This document shows positions 51,990-63,000 of a stretch of DNA of 64,000 nt, piece after piece. How positions within the stretch are numbered: the first letter of the stretch is position 1; each line of letters begins with the position of its first letter. The DNA lies in contig JBCCHT010000007.1 of the NCBI GenBank assembly GCA_039028615.1, positions 231,405-295,404 of the forward strand, written 5' to 3'. The notes below the pieces were generated by a model, which was not told where the DNA came from, ran no database searches, and saw nothing but the letters and a program-made list of their open reading frames with translations. A program made the translations under genes and the position numbers. The stretch comes from Myxococcota bacterium (GTDB taxonomy: Bacteria > Myxococcota_A > Polyangia > Nannocystales > Nannocystaceae).

Positions 51990-53039
51990 ATGTTGTTTCG
52001 TCAGCTCTTCGACGCCGAGACCTCGACCTATACGTATCTGCTCGCCGATCAGGACACCCGCGAGGCGGTGTTGATCGACTCCGTCAAGGAGCAGGTGGAG
52101 CGCGACCTCCAGATCGTCGCCGACCTCGAGCTGACGCTGGTCTACACGCTCGAGACCCACGTCCACGCCGACCACATCACGGGAGCCTCGACCATCCGCG
52201 ATCGGCTGGAGACGCGCTCGGTCGTGGCCGCCGAGGGCGGGGCGAGCTGCGGTGACCTGCACGTGAGCGAAGGCGACGAGGTTCGGTTCGGACGCCACTG
52301 CCTCCGTGTGCTCACCACCCCCGGCCACACCCATGGCTGCCTGAGCTACGTGCTCGGCGACGAGTCGATGGTGTTCACGGGCGACGCGCTGCTCATCCGG
52401 GGATGCGGGCGCACCGACTTTCAGCAGGGCTCCTCCAAGACCCTGTACCACTCGGTGCACGACAAGATCTTCGCGCTCCCCGACGGCACGCTCATCTACC
52501 CCGGCCACGACTACAAGGGCCGCACCGTCAGCACCGTCGGCGAGGAGAAGCGCCTGAACCCGCGCCTCGGGGGCGGCAAGACGGAGGCCGAGTTCGTCGA
52601 GATCATGAGCAACCTGAAGCTGGCGCACCCCAAGAAGATCGCCATCGCGGTGCCGGCCAACCTCAACTGCGGCGTGGGTCGCAAGGCCGAGCCCGAGCCC
52701 GCGCCGTCGCCCTTCGTGGCGGGCACGGTGGTCGAGGTGGAGCCGCAGTGGCTCAACGGCAACGGCGAGGGCATCTTCGTGGTCGACGTGCGACAAGCCG
52801 AGGAGTTCCACGGCGAGCTGGGGCGAGTGCCGGGCGCGGTCTCGGTGCCGCTGGCCGAGCTTCCGGGCAAAGCCCGCGACTGGGAACGCAGCCGACCGAT
52901 CGTGACGATCTGCCACTCGGGGCGGCGCAGCCTCGAAGCCGCCCGGGCGCTGAGCGACGCCGGCTTCCGCGAGGTGGCGTCGATGCGCGGCGGCATGCTG
53001 GGGTGGAACGAAGCCGGGCTGCCGAAGCTCAGCGGCTGA
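51990..53039 (+). CDS. Persulfide dioxygenase (ETHE1-like MBL fold) fused to rhodanese
   Basis: ETHVHADHITG, TPGHT, FTGDALLIRGCGRTDFQ and YPGHDYKG, then VVDVR...CHSGRRS. Confidence 0.93.
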   Translation: MLFRQLFDAETSTYTYLLADQDTREAVLIDSVKEQVERDLQIVADLELTLVYTLETHVHADHITGASTIRDRLETRSVVAAEGGASCGDLHVSEGDEVRFGRHCLRVLTTPGHTHGCLSYVLGDESMVFTGDALLIRGCGRTDFQQGSSKTLYHSVHDKIFALPDGTLIYPGHDYKGRTVSTVGEEKRLNPRLGGGKTEAEFVEIMSNLKLAHPKKIAIAVPANLNCGVGRKAEPEPAPSPFVAGTVVEVEPQWLNGNGEGIFVVDVRQAEEFHGELGRVPGAVSVPLAELPGKARDWERSRPIVTICHSGRRSLEAARALSDAGFREVASMRGGMLGWNEAGLPKLSG

Positions 53040-53112
53040 CGGACACGATTGCGCCATCGTGTAGAGCGGAATTGCGGGGTCGTGCCTCGCCCGCACCGAC
53101 GAGCATGGAGGC

Positions 53113-53859
53113 GTGCAGTGCTCGACTTCCTGGTTGATCCTCCTCGCCGCGTGCGTGGCGTGCTCCGCCGCCGAGTCCGACTCGACCTCCACCGCGCCCG
53201 CGCCGACCGGCCTCACCGCGTCGGTGAGCACGACGGTCGGCGATGACGACGACGGCTCGACCGGTGCGCGCACGCCCGACGATCCGGGTTCTACGCCCGG
53301 CACCGGGTCCATGGGCACGGGTGAGACCACCGCGGCGGACTCCGACCCCGGTGACGACTCCGGCAGCGACGAGACCTCGGCCGGCATGGACTGCGTACCC
53401 GGCGATGGGTGGGAAGCGGTGGGCAGTGCCGCGTTCGTCGACAACACGACGTGCTTGATGTGGACCAACGAAGTCCAAGCGATGGGCTCGAGCTGGGTCG
53501 ACATCGCCGCGCACTGCGACGCGCTCTCACTCGAGGGCTACGACGACTGGCGCATGCCCACCACCGCCGAAGCGCTGAGCCTCCCAGTGGACGCGTTCAA
53601 CGATCCCTACTGGGGCGCGGCGCTCACCAGCCCCCGATTTGTAGCCCCGGGCACCGCTCCCGAGCAAGTCGATGGCACGTTTCACATCTGCGCCGTCGCC
53701 TGGTTCAATAGCGTCGATGCCACCTGCCAGTGGTGGGGACCGGCCAATACCAACGGGACCTTCTGTGTGCGCGGCGGCGGCGGCCCGCTGCCGCCGATGC
53801 CGGATGCGTGCGCGACGGCCTGTGCCAACGCCGAGGGCTGGGACCCCGTGGCGGAGTAA
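53113..53859 (+). CDS. Lipoprotein with a DUF1566/Lcl-like C-terminal domain
   Basis: Signal peptide with VAC, an S/T/D linker, D.TT.LMW...W.....C..L.LEGYDDWRMPT..E and CVRG. Confidence 0.75.
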   Translation: MQCSTSWLILLAACVACSAAESDSTSTAPAPTGLTASVSTTVGDDDDGSTGARTPDDPGSTPGTGSMGTGETTAADSDPGDDSGSDETSAGMDCVPGDGWEAVGSAAFVDNTTCLMWTNEVQAMGSSWVDIAAHCDALSLEGYDDWRMPTTAEALSLPVDAFNDPYWGAALTSPRFVAPGTAPEQVDGTFHICAVAWFNSVDATCQWWGPANTNGTFCVRGGGGPLPPMPDACATACANAEGWDPVAE

Positions 53860-53907
53860 CTACTGAGCATGCTTTGTATCTAAACGAACTTCGTTTAGGA
53901 TGGCGCC

Positions 53908-56235
53908 GTGATGCGTGAGCTTAGGTTGTCCGTAGTGCCCATGGCACTGCTCCTGTCGGCCTGTCCATCCGATGACCCACCGACGGCGGCGGGGAGCTCG
54001 GACACGGGGACTCCCTCGGACCCGACCAATGGCAGTAGCAGCTCGGGGGAAGCCGCCGACGAGACGGGCGAAGCACCCGAGCTCGACGTGCACGGCTTCG
54101 CCAACGGTTGTTGGTCGGTGCGGGCGGGCGATACGTGGCTCGCGGCGTCGGGGGACGCGGCCTACGACTTCGGCGCGACCGATGCGGGCAGCGCCGCGCG
54201 CTTCTACATGAAGCCGTCGGAGCTGGGCACCTACCTGCTCTACGACCAAGACGGCGGCTACGTCGTGTCCGAAGACGGCCCGCTGGTGCGCCAGACGAGC
54301 CTCGACTCCGACGTGACCACCATCGATCCCGCGACGCTCATCATCGATGACGACTTCGTGTCGGGCGCCGAGTGGATCCTCGAGACCTCGGTGGTCGATC
54401 CCGAGCAGTACCAGCTCCGCAACCGTCGCAACGACCAGCTCTTGGGGGAGAGCGGCCTGACCGGCGACGAAGCCTCGAGCCTGCCCGTGACCTTCGAGAC
54501 GGCCGAGGGATGCCTCGAGCACCCCGAGCTGACCCTCGACGCCAGCGGTGAGGTCACCACGACGCGCTTCGAAGATGGCGACCTGTACGGCATCGTCGAC
54601 ACCCACTCGCACATCCTGTCGAACTTCGCGTTCGGCGGCGGCATCTTCCACGGAGCCACCTTCCATCGCCTGGGCGTCCAGCATGCCCTGCCCGACTGCG
54701 ACGCCTTCCACGGCGAGAACGGGCGCAAGGACTTCTTCGGCTACGCCTTCGACACCGCGGGTGCCGATGGCGCGGACCTGGCCAGCCTGATCCCCGACCT
54801 GCTGGCGGGGGAGCTGAGCTTCGACAACCACATCACCACGGGCTACCCGGCCTTCACCGATTGGCCCAACGGCCCCGAGCGCTCGACCCACCAGACCCAG
54901 TACTACCGCTGGCTGGAGCGGGCCTGGCTCGCCGGCCTGCGGCTGGTGGTGCAGCACGCCACCACCAACTCCATCATCTGTCACCTCACCGTCGCCGAGG
55001 GCGTCCAGCCCTCCCGCTACAGCTGCGAGGACATGATCGCCGTCGATCGCATCATCGACGAGACCTACGCGATGGAGCGCTACATCGACGCCCAGGCGGG
55101 CGGCCCCGGCGAGGGCTTCTTCCGCGTGGTGCAGAGCCCGGCCGAGGCCCGCGAGGTCATCGCCGACGGCAAGATGGCGGTGATCCTGGGCATCGAGACC
55201 TCCAACCTCTTCGAGTGCACCTCGGTCCCGCGGGAGGGCTTCCCCACCTGCGACGAGGCGTACATCAACGAGCAGCTCGACGAGTACTACGACCGCGGAG
55301 TGCGGGCGCTGTTCCCCGTGCACAAGTACGACAACGCCTTCACGCCGGGTGATGGCGACCGCGCCTTCATCGAGCTGGGCAACTTCTTCAACAGCGGGCA
55401 CTACTCCAACTTCACCGACGAGTGCCCGGCCGACGTCGGCGGCTTCGACCGGGGCAACGTCGCATTCGGCGGCCTCAACATGCCTCGCGACGAGTACATC
55501 TCGGCGCCGCCCAACGACTTCAGCGGCTTCCCCGATCAGCCCATCGTCACCGCGTTCCCCTTCTTGTCGGTGCTCGGCGAGCCCGCGCTCGAAGGCGACT
55601 ACTGTCAGAACGGCACCATCACCGGCCTGGGAGAGACCTTCATCGAGGGCATGATGGACCGCGGGATGATCATCGAGGTCGACCACTTCCCGCGCTTCTC
55701 CTACAACCGCGTGTACGAGTTGCTCGAGGCCAACGACTACCCCGCGGCCGGCACCCACGGGCGCAACAACGAAGGTCGCATCTACGCGCTCGGTGGCATC
55801 TCCAAGACGGGCATAGGCCGCTGCCGCGATCCCGAGAACCCCGGGGCCCAGACCTCCAACCTGCTCAGCCGCGTGGAGCTCATCGAGGAAAACGGGGGCT
55901 ACCCCGCCGAGGGCTTCGGCTTCGACCTCAACGGCTTCGCGGGCGCTCACCGCCCGCGCTTCGGCGAGGGCAACTGCGGCTCGCCGCAGACCGACCCCGT
56001 CACCTACCCCTTCACTTCGTACGCGGGCGACGTGGAGTTCACCGAGCCCAGCGTGGGCGACCGGGTGCTCGACTTCAACACCGAGGGCATGGTCCACATC
56101 GGCCTATTGCCGGAGCTGCTCGAAGACGCCCGGCGCGACGCGGTCAACCCCGACGACCTCGACCCGCTGTTCCGCTCCGCCGAGGGCTATATCCGCATGT
56201 GGGAGCTGGCGGAGGCTCGCGCCGCCGAACGGTAG
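53908..56235 (+). CDS. Amidohydrolase / membrane-dipeptidase-like lipoprotein (ceramide N-deacylase-like)
   Basis: Lipobox LSAC, VDTHSH metal motif, YYRWLERAW.AGLRL, GKMAVILGIE, MIIEVDH, G..HIGLLP and LFRSAEGYIRMW. Confidence 0.8.
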   Translation: MMRELRLSVVPMALLLSACPSDDPPTAAGSSDTGTPSDPTNGSSSSGEAADETGEAPELDVHGFANGCWSVRAGDTWLAASGDAAYDFGATDAGSAARFYMKPSELGTYLLYDQDGGYVVSEDGPLVRQTSLDSDVTTIDPATLIIDDDFVSGAEWILETSVVDPEQYQLRNRRNDQLLGESGLTGDEASSLPVTFETAEGCLEHPELTLDASGEVTTTRFEDGDLYGIVDTHSHILSNFAFGGGIFHGATFHRLGVQHALPDCDAFHGENGRKDFFGYAFDTAGADGADLASLIPDLLAGELSFDNHITTGYPAFTDWPNGPERSTHQTQYYRWLERAWLAGLRLVVQHATTNSIICHLTVAEGVQPSRYSCEDMIAVDRIIDETYAMERYIDAQAGGPGEGFFRVVQSPAEAREVIADGKMAVILGIETSNLFECTSVPREGFPTCDEAYINEQLDEYYDRGVRALFPVHKYDNAFTPGDGDRAFIELGNFFNSGHYSNFTDECPADVGGFDRGNVAFGGLNMPRDEYISAPPNDFSGFPDQPIVTAFPFLSVLGEPALEGDYCQNGTITGLGETFIEGMMDRGMIIEVDHFPRFSYNRVYELLEANDYPAAGTHGRNNEGRIYALGGISKTGIGRCRDPENPGAQTSNLLSRVELIEENGGYPAEGFGFDLNGFAGAHRPRFGEGNCGSPQTDPVTYPFTSYAGDVEFTEPSVGDRVLDFNTEGMVHIGLLPELLEDARRDAVNPDDLDPLFRSAEGYIRMWELAEARAAER

Positions 56236-56289
56236 CCCCGCACTCGCGACCGCACTCGACGACCCCGGTGACCCTTCGCGGCGCCGGGG

Positions 56290-57132
56290 TCAGTCACAGG
56301 CGAGCTCGACCTCGAACGACACCTCGCCCGAGTTGTTCTCGCAGATGCCGTCGTCGATCCAGCACGTGAAGTCGCCGCCCGGATGGTCGAACTCCTCGGA
56401 GTCCGCCATCAGGTTGCCGTAGGCCACATTGGCGTTGGAGTACAGCGCCCCCGGAGGCGTCCGCATCGTCTCCGGGTTGTAGGTATTGCACCACACGTCC
56501 CAGATCCACCCGCTGTCGGGCGGGTCCCAGGGCGGCGGATAGATGGTGCCCCCCGAGGGCAGGGCCGTCACGCGGTAGCGCCCCGCGGGGAGATCCTCGA
56601 GCGACTGGTCTCCGAACACGTTGTCGCCGTGGCAGTCGGTGGAGAAGCTGACGCTCAAAAAGCCCGAGGCCACGCAGATCGCATCGACGCACGACAGGCC
56701 CGCGTCGCAATCGTTGGTGGTGGAGCAGCCCTGGCAGCCTCCGCACGCCTGGGGGCAGGCGGCGCCGCAGTCGATGTCGGTCTCGTCGCCGCTGAGCAGG
56801 CCGTCGCGGCACGAGGGGTGCTGGCAGGTCACCAAGCAGCCATCGAGGTTCGACGCGTTGCCGTCGTCGCACTGCTCGCCGGGATCGACCACGCCGTTGC
56901 CACAGTTGACGGGGATCGGGTCGTCGTCGGTGCCCATGCCGCCCGTGGAGCCGTCGGCGCCTCCCGTGCCCGCCGTGGCCGAATCGTTCGGCTCCTCGGT
57001 CGAGCCGTCCGTGGCGGCGGGTTCCTCGTCGTCGTCGTTCGCCGGCATCAGCGGCGTCATCGTGGACACGTCCGTGCCCGACGCACATGCCGCGCACCAC
57101 AGCACGATCCAAGCCTTACGCCACAACCCCAC
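56290..57132 (-). CDS. Lipoprotein with a myxobacterial cysteine-rich repeat (DUF4215-like)
   Basis: CGNGVVDPGEQCDDGN...DGC...C and GDETDIDCG. Confidence 0.8.
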   Translation of the reverse strand: MGLWRKAWIVLWCAACASGTDVSTMTPLMPANDDDEEPAATDGSTEEPNDSATAGTGGADGSTGGMGTDDDPIPVNCGNGVVDPGEQCDDGNASNLDGCLVTCQHPSCRDGLLSGDETDIDCGAACPQACGGCQGCSTTNDCDAGLSCVDAICVASGFLSVSFSTDCHGDNVFGDQSLEDLPAGRYRVTALPSGGTIYPPPWDPPDSGWIWDVWCNTYNPETMRTPPGALYSNANVAYGNLMADSEEFDHPGGDFTCWIDDGICENNSGEVSFEVELACD

Positions 57133-57197
57133 GACTCAGCGTACCAGGCCGTTTCCGCGATTCCCAAGGCTCGGCTCGGGCCGCTACCGTGGTGCCC

Positions 57198-57752
57198 ATG
57201 GCCCAGCTCACCGAGGCCGCCCGCGCCGGCCGAGCCAAGTGGTTTCAAGGCGAACGCCCTCGCCCTCAGAACATCGACCCGACGGGTCCTGGCCAGGAAT
57301 CGGCCTGGAGCTATCCCCGACCGCCGCGACTCGATCGCAGCCCCCACCTCGTCCGCGTCGAGTGGGCGGGGCGGGTCATCGCGGAGACTCGCAACGCCCT
57401 GCGGGTGCTCGAGACCTCGCATCCGCCCAACTACTACGTGCCGCCCGCGGACGTGGACTGGTCGGCGCTCGTGCAGGCCCCGGGCTCTTCGCTGTGCGAA
57501 TGGAAAGGCGAAGCCCGCTACTGGTCCGTGCGCGCGGGCGGCCAGGTCGTAGCCAATGCCGCGTGGAGCTACCCCGACCCCTTCGACGATTTCGCCGAGG
57601 TCCTCGACCACGTCTCGTTTTATTGCGCGACGCTGCAGTGCTGGGTGGGCGACGAGCGAGCGCTGCCGCAGCCAGGCGGCTTCTACGGGGGGTGGGTCAC
57701 CTCGCACGTCACCGGGCCCTTCAAGGGCGGGCCCGGCACCCAGGGCTGGTAG
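57198..57752 (+). CDS. DUF427 domain protein
   Basis: ESAWSYPRPP, VLETSHPP.YY.P, S.CEWKG.A.YW, AAWSYP and QPGGFYGGW. Confidence 0.88.
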   Translation: MAQLTEAARAGRAKWFQGERPRPQNIDPTGPGQESAWSYPRPPRLDRSPHLVRVEWAGRVIAETRNALRVLETSHPPNYYVPPADVDWSALVQAPGSSLCEWKGEARYWSVRAGGQVVANAAWSYPDPFDDFAEVLDHVSFYCATLQCWVGDERALPQPGGFYGGWVTSHVTGPFKGGPGTQGW

Positions 57753-59870
57753 TCAGCCCTCGCCCGCCCGAAGCGCGGCCAGCTCGCGTCGGGCCACGGT
57801 CCGAAGATAAGGCTCGGGCCCGGCCGGGTTCGCCACCGCGAGGGCGCGTTCGTATTCGACCTCGGCGTCCTCGAGGCGAGCCATCGTCTTCAGCAGGCGC
57901 GCAATCTCGATGTGGGCGTCGATCTGCCGCATGCCGTAGTCGGGACCGAGGCCGCTCCAGAAGGTGATCGACGTCCGGTACTCGTCGATGGCGGCCATCG
58001 TGCGCCCCTGCTTCGCCAGGCAGTCGGCCAGGCTGATGCCGGTCAGCGCCGAGTCCACCGTCTCGGGCTCCCCTTCCCTGCGGTAGCCCTGGCGTGCCCG
58101 TGCGAGGTAGGGCGAGGCTTCGTCGCATCGGCCGAGATCGGCGATGGCGACACCGATCGCATCCTCGGCCAGGGCGCGCAGCGGGTGCTCGGGGCTCGCG
58201 ACCCCATCGAGCAGCGTCGAGGCCCTCCGAGCCCAATACAGCGAGCGCCGACTGGCATTCACGTAGCGCAGCGCCGAGGCCAGCTCGAGCATCTGGTAGG
58301 CCATGAACGCGTCGTCGTCGGGCTGCGTCTCGCCGATCGCCGCGTCGGCCAGCTCGAGCATAGCGAGCGTGTCTTCGTCCTCGTAGATCACCGCCCGCCC
58401 GTAGCCCGAGCTCACCATGACCTGCACCGCCGCCCGGCGATCCCACGGCCCTCGATACAGCTCCACCCACGCGTGCCGAGTCCACTCCGCCAGCGACTGC
58501 CCGTGATCTTCGACGTAGGCGGTCGCCATCGAGATCGCGGCTCGGGCCGCCACGGACGGGATGTCGGCCTCGCGGGCGAGGAAGAAGGCCCGGCGATAGA
58601 AGTCGACCGCTTGCTGGTCGTCGCGCAGGTAGCCTCGCCACAGCAGCAGCTCCGCCGCGAACGAAGGGTCCTCGTCGGGATCGGGCTCGGCGGGGAGCGC
58701 ATCCAGGGCGTCGCGAACCCCGTCGCCGAAGCGCTCGGGCCAGGTCTGTTCAACCTGGCGTCGAAACGCGGCCGCCCCGGGCGAAGGCGCGACGCCATCG
58801 GCGGGCACCCCCACCGGGGCCGGGGCGGGCGTGGGCTCCACGGTCACCGCCGCGTCCGGCGTCGCCAGCTGCCACCCCACGACTCCGGCCAGGGCCAGCC
58901 CGAGCCCCCCGACCCACCACCGCGCCCGGCCGGCTCGGCCTCGCGACAGCGCGCTGAGCAGGTCCGCCATCGATGGCCAGCGCGCCTCGGGGTCGGGGTC
59001 CAGCCCGCGCTCGACCACGGGCCGGAGCGACTTGGGCATCTCGCGGAAGCACGGGTCGTACTCCCGCGCGAGCTTGGCCCGATTGAGCTCCGAGACCTCG
59101 TTGCTCCCGAAGGGCCGCGCCCCGCACAGCGCCTCCGCCAGCGACACGCAGTACGCATATTGATCGCTGCGGACGTCGGCTCGATCGCCGAGGTGTTGCT
59201 CGGGCGCCATATAGGCGGGCGTCCCCATGACCGTGCCCGTGCGCGTCATGGAATCGGCCGCCCCCGCGTCGTCTGACGAGGGAGGGCCCCCCGTCGAAGG
59301 GCCCGCCATCGCGCGCAGCTGGGCCAGGCCAAAATCGAGGACCTTCGCCCGGCCCTCGGCATCGACGATCACGTTGGCCGGCTTGAAGTCCCGATGCACC
59401 AACCCGGCTGCATGCGCGGCGGCGAGCCCTCGACCCGCGCCGACGAACACGGACAAGACCTCGACCTCGCTGCGCCGCGTCTCGAGCCACTGCTTGAGGT
59501 CCATGCCCTCGACCAGCTCCATCACGATATAGGCGCCCACCCGCGGCACGTCGGGGGGCCACCCGGCCACGCCGCGCAGGTCGTACTGGCCGACGTCGAA
59601 CACATCGATGACATGGGGATGGGTCACCCGCGCCAGGGCTTGGGCCTCCTGGCGCAGGCGTTCGAATGCTCCCTTCCCGTGCGAGCCGAGGCGAATCAGC
59701 TTGAGGGCGACGGCGCGATCGAGATCGAGGTCGTGCCCGGCGTACACCACCCCGAGACCGCCCACGCCGATCCGCCGACCCAGACGGTATCGCGCGATGC
59801 ACGGGGCTTGTTCGATCGGCAACGACACGGGCTCGGCTCCAGGGTACCGGACGGCAGGGGCGGGCAGCAT
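57753..59870 (-). CDS. Membrane Ser/Thr kinase with C-terminal TPR repeats; start approximate
   Basis: GVGGLGVVY, VALK, HRDFKPAN, DFG, GTPAYMAPEQ, a TM helix and TPRs. Confidence 0.9.
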   Translation of the reverse strand: MLPAPAVRYPGAEPVSLPIEQAPCIARYRLGRRIGVGGLGVVYAGHDLDLDRAVALKLIRLGSHGKGAFERLRQEAQALARVTHPHVIDVFDVGQYDLRGVAGWPPDVPRVGAYIVMELVEGMDLKQWLETRRSEVEVLSVFVGAGRGLAAAHAAGLVHRDFKPANVIVDAEGRAKVLDFGLAQLRAMAGPSTGGPPSSDDAGAADSMTRTGTVMGTPAYMAPEQHLGDRADVRSDQYAYCVSLAEALCGARPFGSNEVSELNRAKLAREYDPCFREMPKSLRPVVERGLDPDPEARWPSMADLLSALSRGRAGRARWWVGGLGLALAGVVGWQLATPDAAVTVEPTPAPAPVGVPADGVAPSPGAAAFRRQVEQTWPERFGDGVRDALDALPAEPDPDEDPSFAAELLLWRGYLRDDQQAVDFYRRAFFLAREADIPSVAARAAISMATAYVEDHGQSLAEWTRHAWVELYRGPWDRRAAVQVMVSSGYGRAVIYEDEDTLAMLELADAAIGETQPDDDAFMAYQMLELASALRYVNASRRSLYWARRASTLLDGVASPEHPLRALAEDAIGVAIADLGRCDEASPYLARARQGYRREGEPETVDSALTGISLADCLAKQGRTMAAIDEYRTSITFWSGLGPDYGMRQIDAHIEIARLLKTMARLEDAEVEYERALAVANPAGPEPYLRTVARRELAALRAGEG

Positions 59871-60018
59871 CACCCGGCGCGCACTTCGACCGAGCTGGGC
59901 ACCGAAGCCGAAGCCGTCGAGATCATCGTTCGGCCGGACCCCAGCCCCGGTCCCGGACACCGAAGCCCCCGGCTGCCCGCAGATTGGTACGCTCGCCCGG
60001 CAGTGCACGGCGGTGGGG

Positions 60019-63000
60019 ATGGCTGAGTCCCAGGTTCCGACCCTGGCGTCCATGGACGGCTCCGCGCCGGCCAGTGAACTCGACGATCGCCTCGAGGCTG
60101 GGGACGCCATCGACGATCGCTTCGTGATCGTGTCTCACCGCGGGGCGGGAGCGATGGGCGTGGTCTACGAGGCCATGGACAACACGCTCGAGCGGCGCGT
60201 CGCGATCAAGCTGTGCCGAGCCGGGCGCACGGCCAAGCAAGACGCTCGCATGTGGCGGGAGGCCCGGGCCATGGCGCGCCTGAGCCACCCCAACGTCATC
60301 ACCGTGCACGAGGTCGGGCACTACAGCGGCCGCGTGTACATCGCGATGGAGCTGGTCGACGGAGGCACCGTCCGCGACTGGCTCGGCACCCCTCGCAAGT
60401 GGCGAGACGTGCTGCGGGTCTTCATCCAGGCCGCGAGAGGCCTGGCCGCGGCCCACGACGTCGGGCTCATCCACGGGGACGTCAAGCCGGCCAACATGCT
60501 GCACGGCTCCGACGGCCGGGTCAGGATCGCAGACTTCGGGCTGGCCCGCGGCACCCAAGACGACGAGAGCGGCGTGGAGACCCTGTCGGGCGTCAGTGGT
60601 CGGTCGGGCGAGCGCCTGCCGCTGGACGAGCCCGCCACCAAGTCGCAGGTCGGCACGCCGGGCTACATCGCCCCCGAGCAGTTCGGCGACGAGATCGTCG
60701 ACGAGCGCGTCGATCAATTTTCGTTCTGTGTCTCGCTGTTCGAGGGGCTGTGGGGCAAACGACCCTTCCAGGGCCTGAGCATGGCCGAGCTCTACCTCGC
60801 GACCTCGCGCGGCGAGATCGAGTACCCGGAGCCCCGGGTCGAGGTCCCGCGATGGGTCCGCGAGCTCGTCGAGCGCGGCCTCCGACCCGATCCCACCGAG
60901 CGCTTCACCAGCATGAACGACCTGGTGGCCGCGCTCGAGGCCGATCCCGCCAAGGCGCGCCGACGAGGGCTCGCGGTGGGCGGGGTGATCGTGGCCCTGG
61001 GCGCGACCGCCTGGATCTCGAGCTCGCTCAGCGACGGCCCCTCCCCGTGCGCCGACGTGGAGGCGGCGATCGAGGCGCACTGGAACGCCGACCGAAAGAC
61101 GCAGCTCGACGCGAAGTTCCGCGAGGTGGGCCCCACCATCGCCGAGCCCACCTCGAGCCGGGTCGCGGACACGCTCGACGCCTACGCCGGCTCGTGGGCG
61201 GAGCAGCGGACCGAGGCCTGCCGGGCCACCCGCGTGCGGGGAGAACAATCGGAGAGCCTGCTCGACCTGCGCATCGCCTGCCTCGATCGCCGCGCCACCG
61301 AGCTCGCGTCGGTCATGCAGCAACTCGAGACGGCGGACGTCGAGGTCATGGTCCGGGTGGACGAGCTGCTCGCCTCGCTGGGCCCGCTGGGTTCCTGTGC
61401 CGATACCACCCTGCTCCAGGCCCAGGTCCCCTTGCCCGAGGACCCCGCCGACCGCGAGGCGGCCGAGTCCATGCAAGCCGAGGCGATGCGAATCTCGGCC
61501 GCCAGCGCAGCCGCGCGAGGCCGCGGCGAGGAGTCCCACGCCCGCGCGCTCCTCCAGCGAGCCGAGGCGCTGGGGCACGCCCCCACCCTGGCCGACGCCC
61601 GCATCGCGCTGGCCAGCGTGGAACATGCCATCGAGCGCCCCAGCGAGGCCCGCGCCTCGCTGGTGGCCGCCCATCGCAACGCCGCCGCCAGCGGCTACGC
61701 CTACGCGGGCTTCGACTCCGCGCTGCGACTGGCGACCACCATTGCCCGCACCAAGAAGAACGCCACCGCGGGGCTCGAGTGGCTCGAGGTCGCACGCGGC
61801 TGGGCGGAGCGACTCGACCTCGGGCCGGAGCAACGCAGCCGCCTCGTCTACGCGCACGGGCACGTGCTGCGGGCCGGCGAGCGCTGGGACGAAGCCCTCG
61901 CCGTGCTCGCCGAAGACCCGCAGCGAGATGCCGAGCTGCCGGCCATCGCCCGGAGTCGACTCGCCGCCGCGCGAGGCAGCACTCATGCGATCGTCGGGCG
62001 CTTCGACGAAGCCCGCCGGGAGTACGAGCGCGCGGCCGAGCTGATCCGCCCCGAGTACGGCGACAACCACCCTCGCTTGGCGGGGCTCTACGCCGACATC
62101 GCCAACCTCGACGCCCGCGAGAGTCGATTCGAAGAGGCCCTGGCCGGCCATCGCAAGACCCTGAAGATCGAGTCCGCCACCTACGGCCCACAGTCGGCCA
62201 AGGTCGCGGAGATCCACGGGTCCATCGCCAACGCCCTGTGGGACCTGGGGCAGCACGAGCAAGCGCTCGAGGCCTTCGACCAGGCCATCGCCGCCGCGGC
62301 CGGAGACACCACGCCGCTGCTGCGCACCCAGATGGTGCTGAACGCCAACTACTCCAACTCGCTCGCCCAGGCGGGGTACTTCGAGCGAGCGGTGTCCACC
62401 AGCGAGCGCGCGCTCGAGCTGGGGCTCCAGCTCTACGGCGCCGACAGCAGCAAGGTCGCGCAGATCCGCATCAACCTCGGCAACGCCTACGGTGCCAACG
62501 GACAGGACCCGAAGGCCATCGAGCAATACGAGCTGGCCTTGCCCGTCATCGAGACCGAGCTGGGGCCCACGCATCCGAGCTTGCCCTCGCTTTATCTCAA
62601 CCAGGCGCTCGCGTACATGAAGACCGAGCAATGGGACGCGTGCGAGACTTCCATCGCACGCGGCCTGGAGATCGACGCGACCCGCAACGACCCCGGCTCG
62701 TTGTGGCCCTCCTCCGCATGGACGGTCCGGGCTCGACTCGCCGCGGCACGGGGCGACCTGCCGGGCGCCGCCGAAGCCCGAGCGCGCAGCGTCCAGGCCC
62801 TCGAGACCATCGACGAACGTCACCCCAAGCTCCGCGAAGCGCTGTACCGCTGGGGGCTGGCCCTGGAGACGCTGGGAGACATGGCGCGAGCCCAGTCGGC
62901 GTTGCTGCGGGCCCGCGACCTCGCGACCCCCAAGGCCGCCATTCCCGAGCAACGGGCCGACATCTTCTTCGCTCTCGCTCGCGTGCACTGGGCGCGGAGC

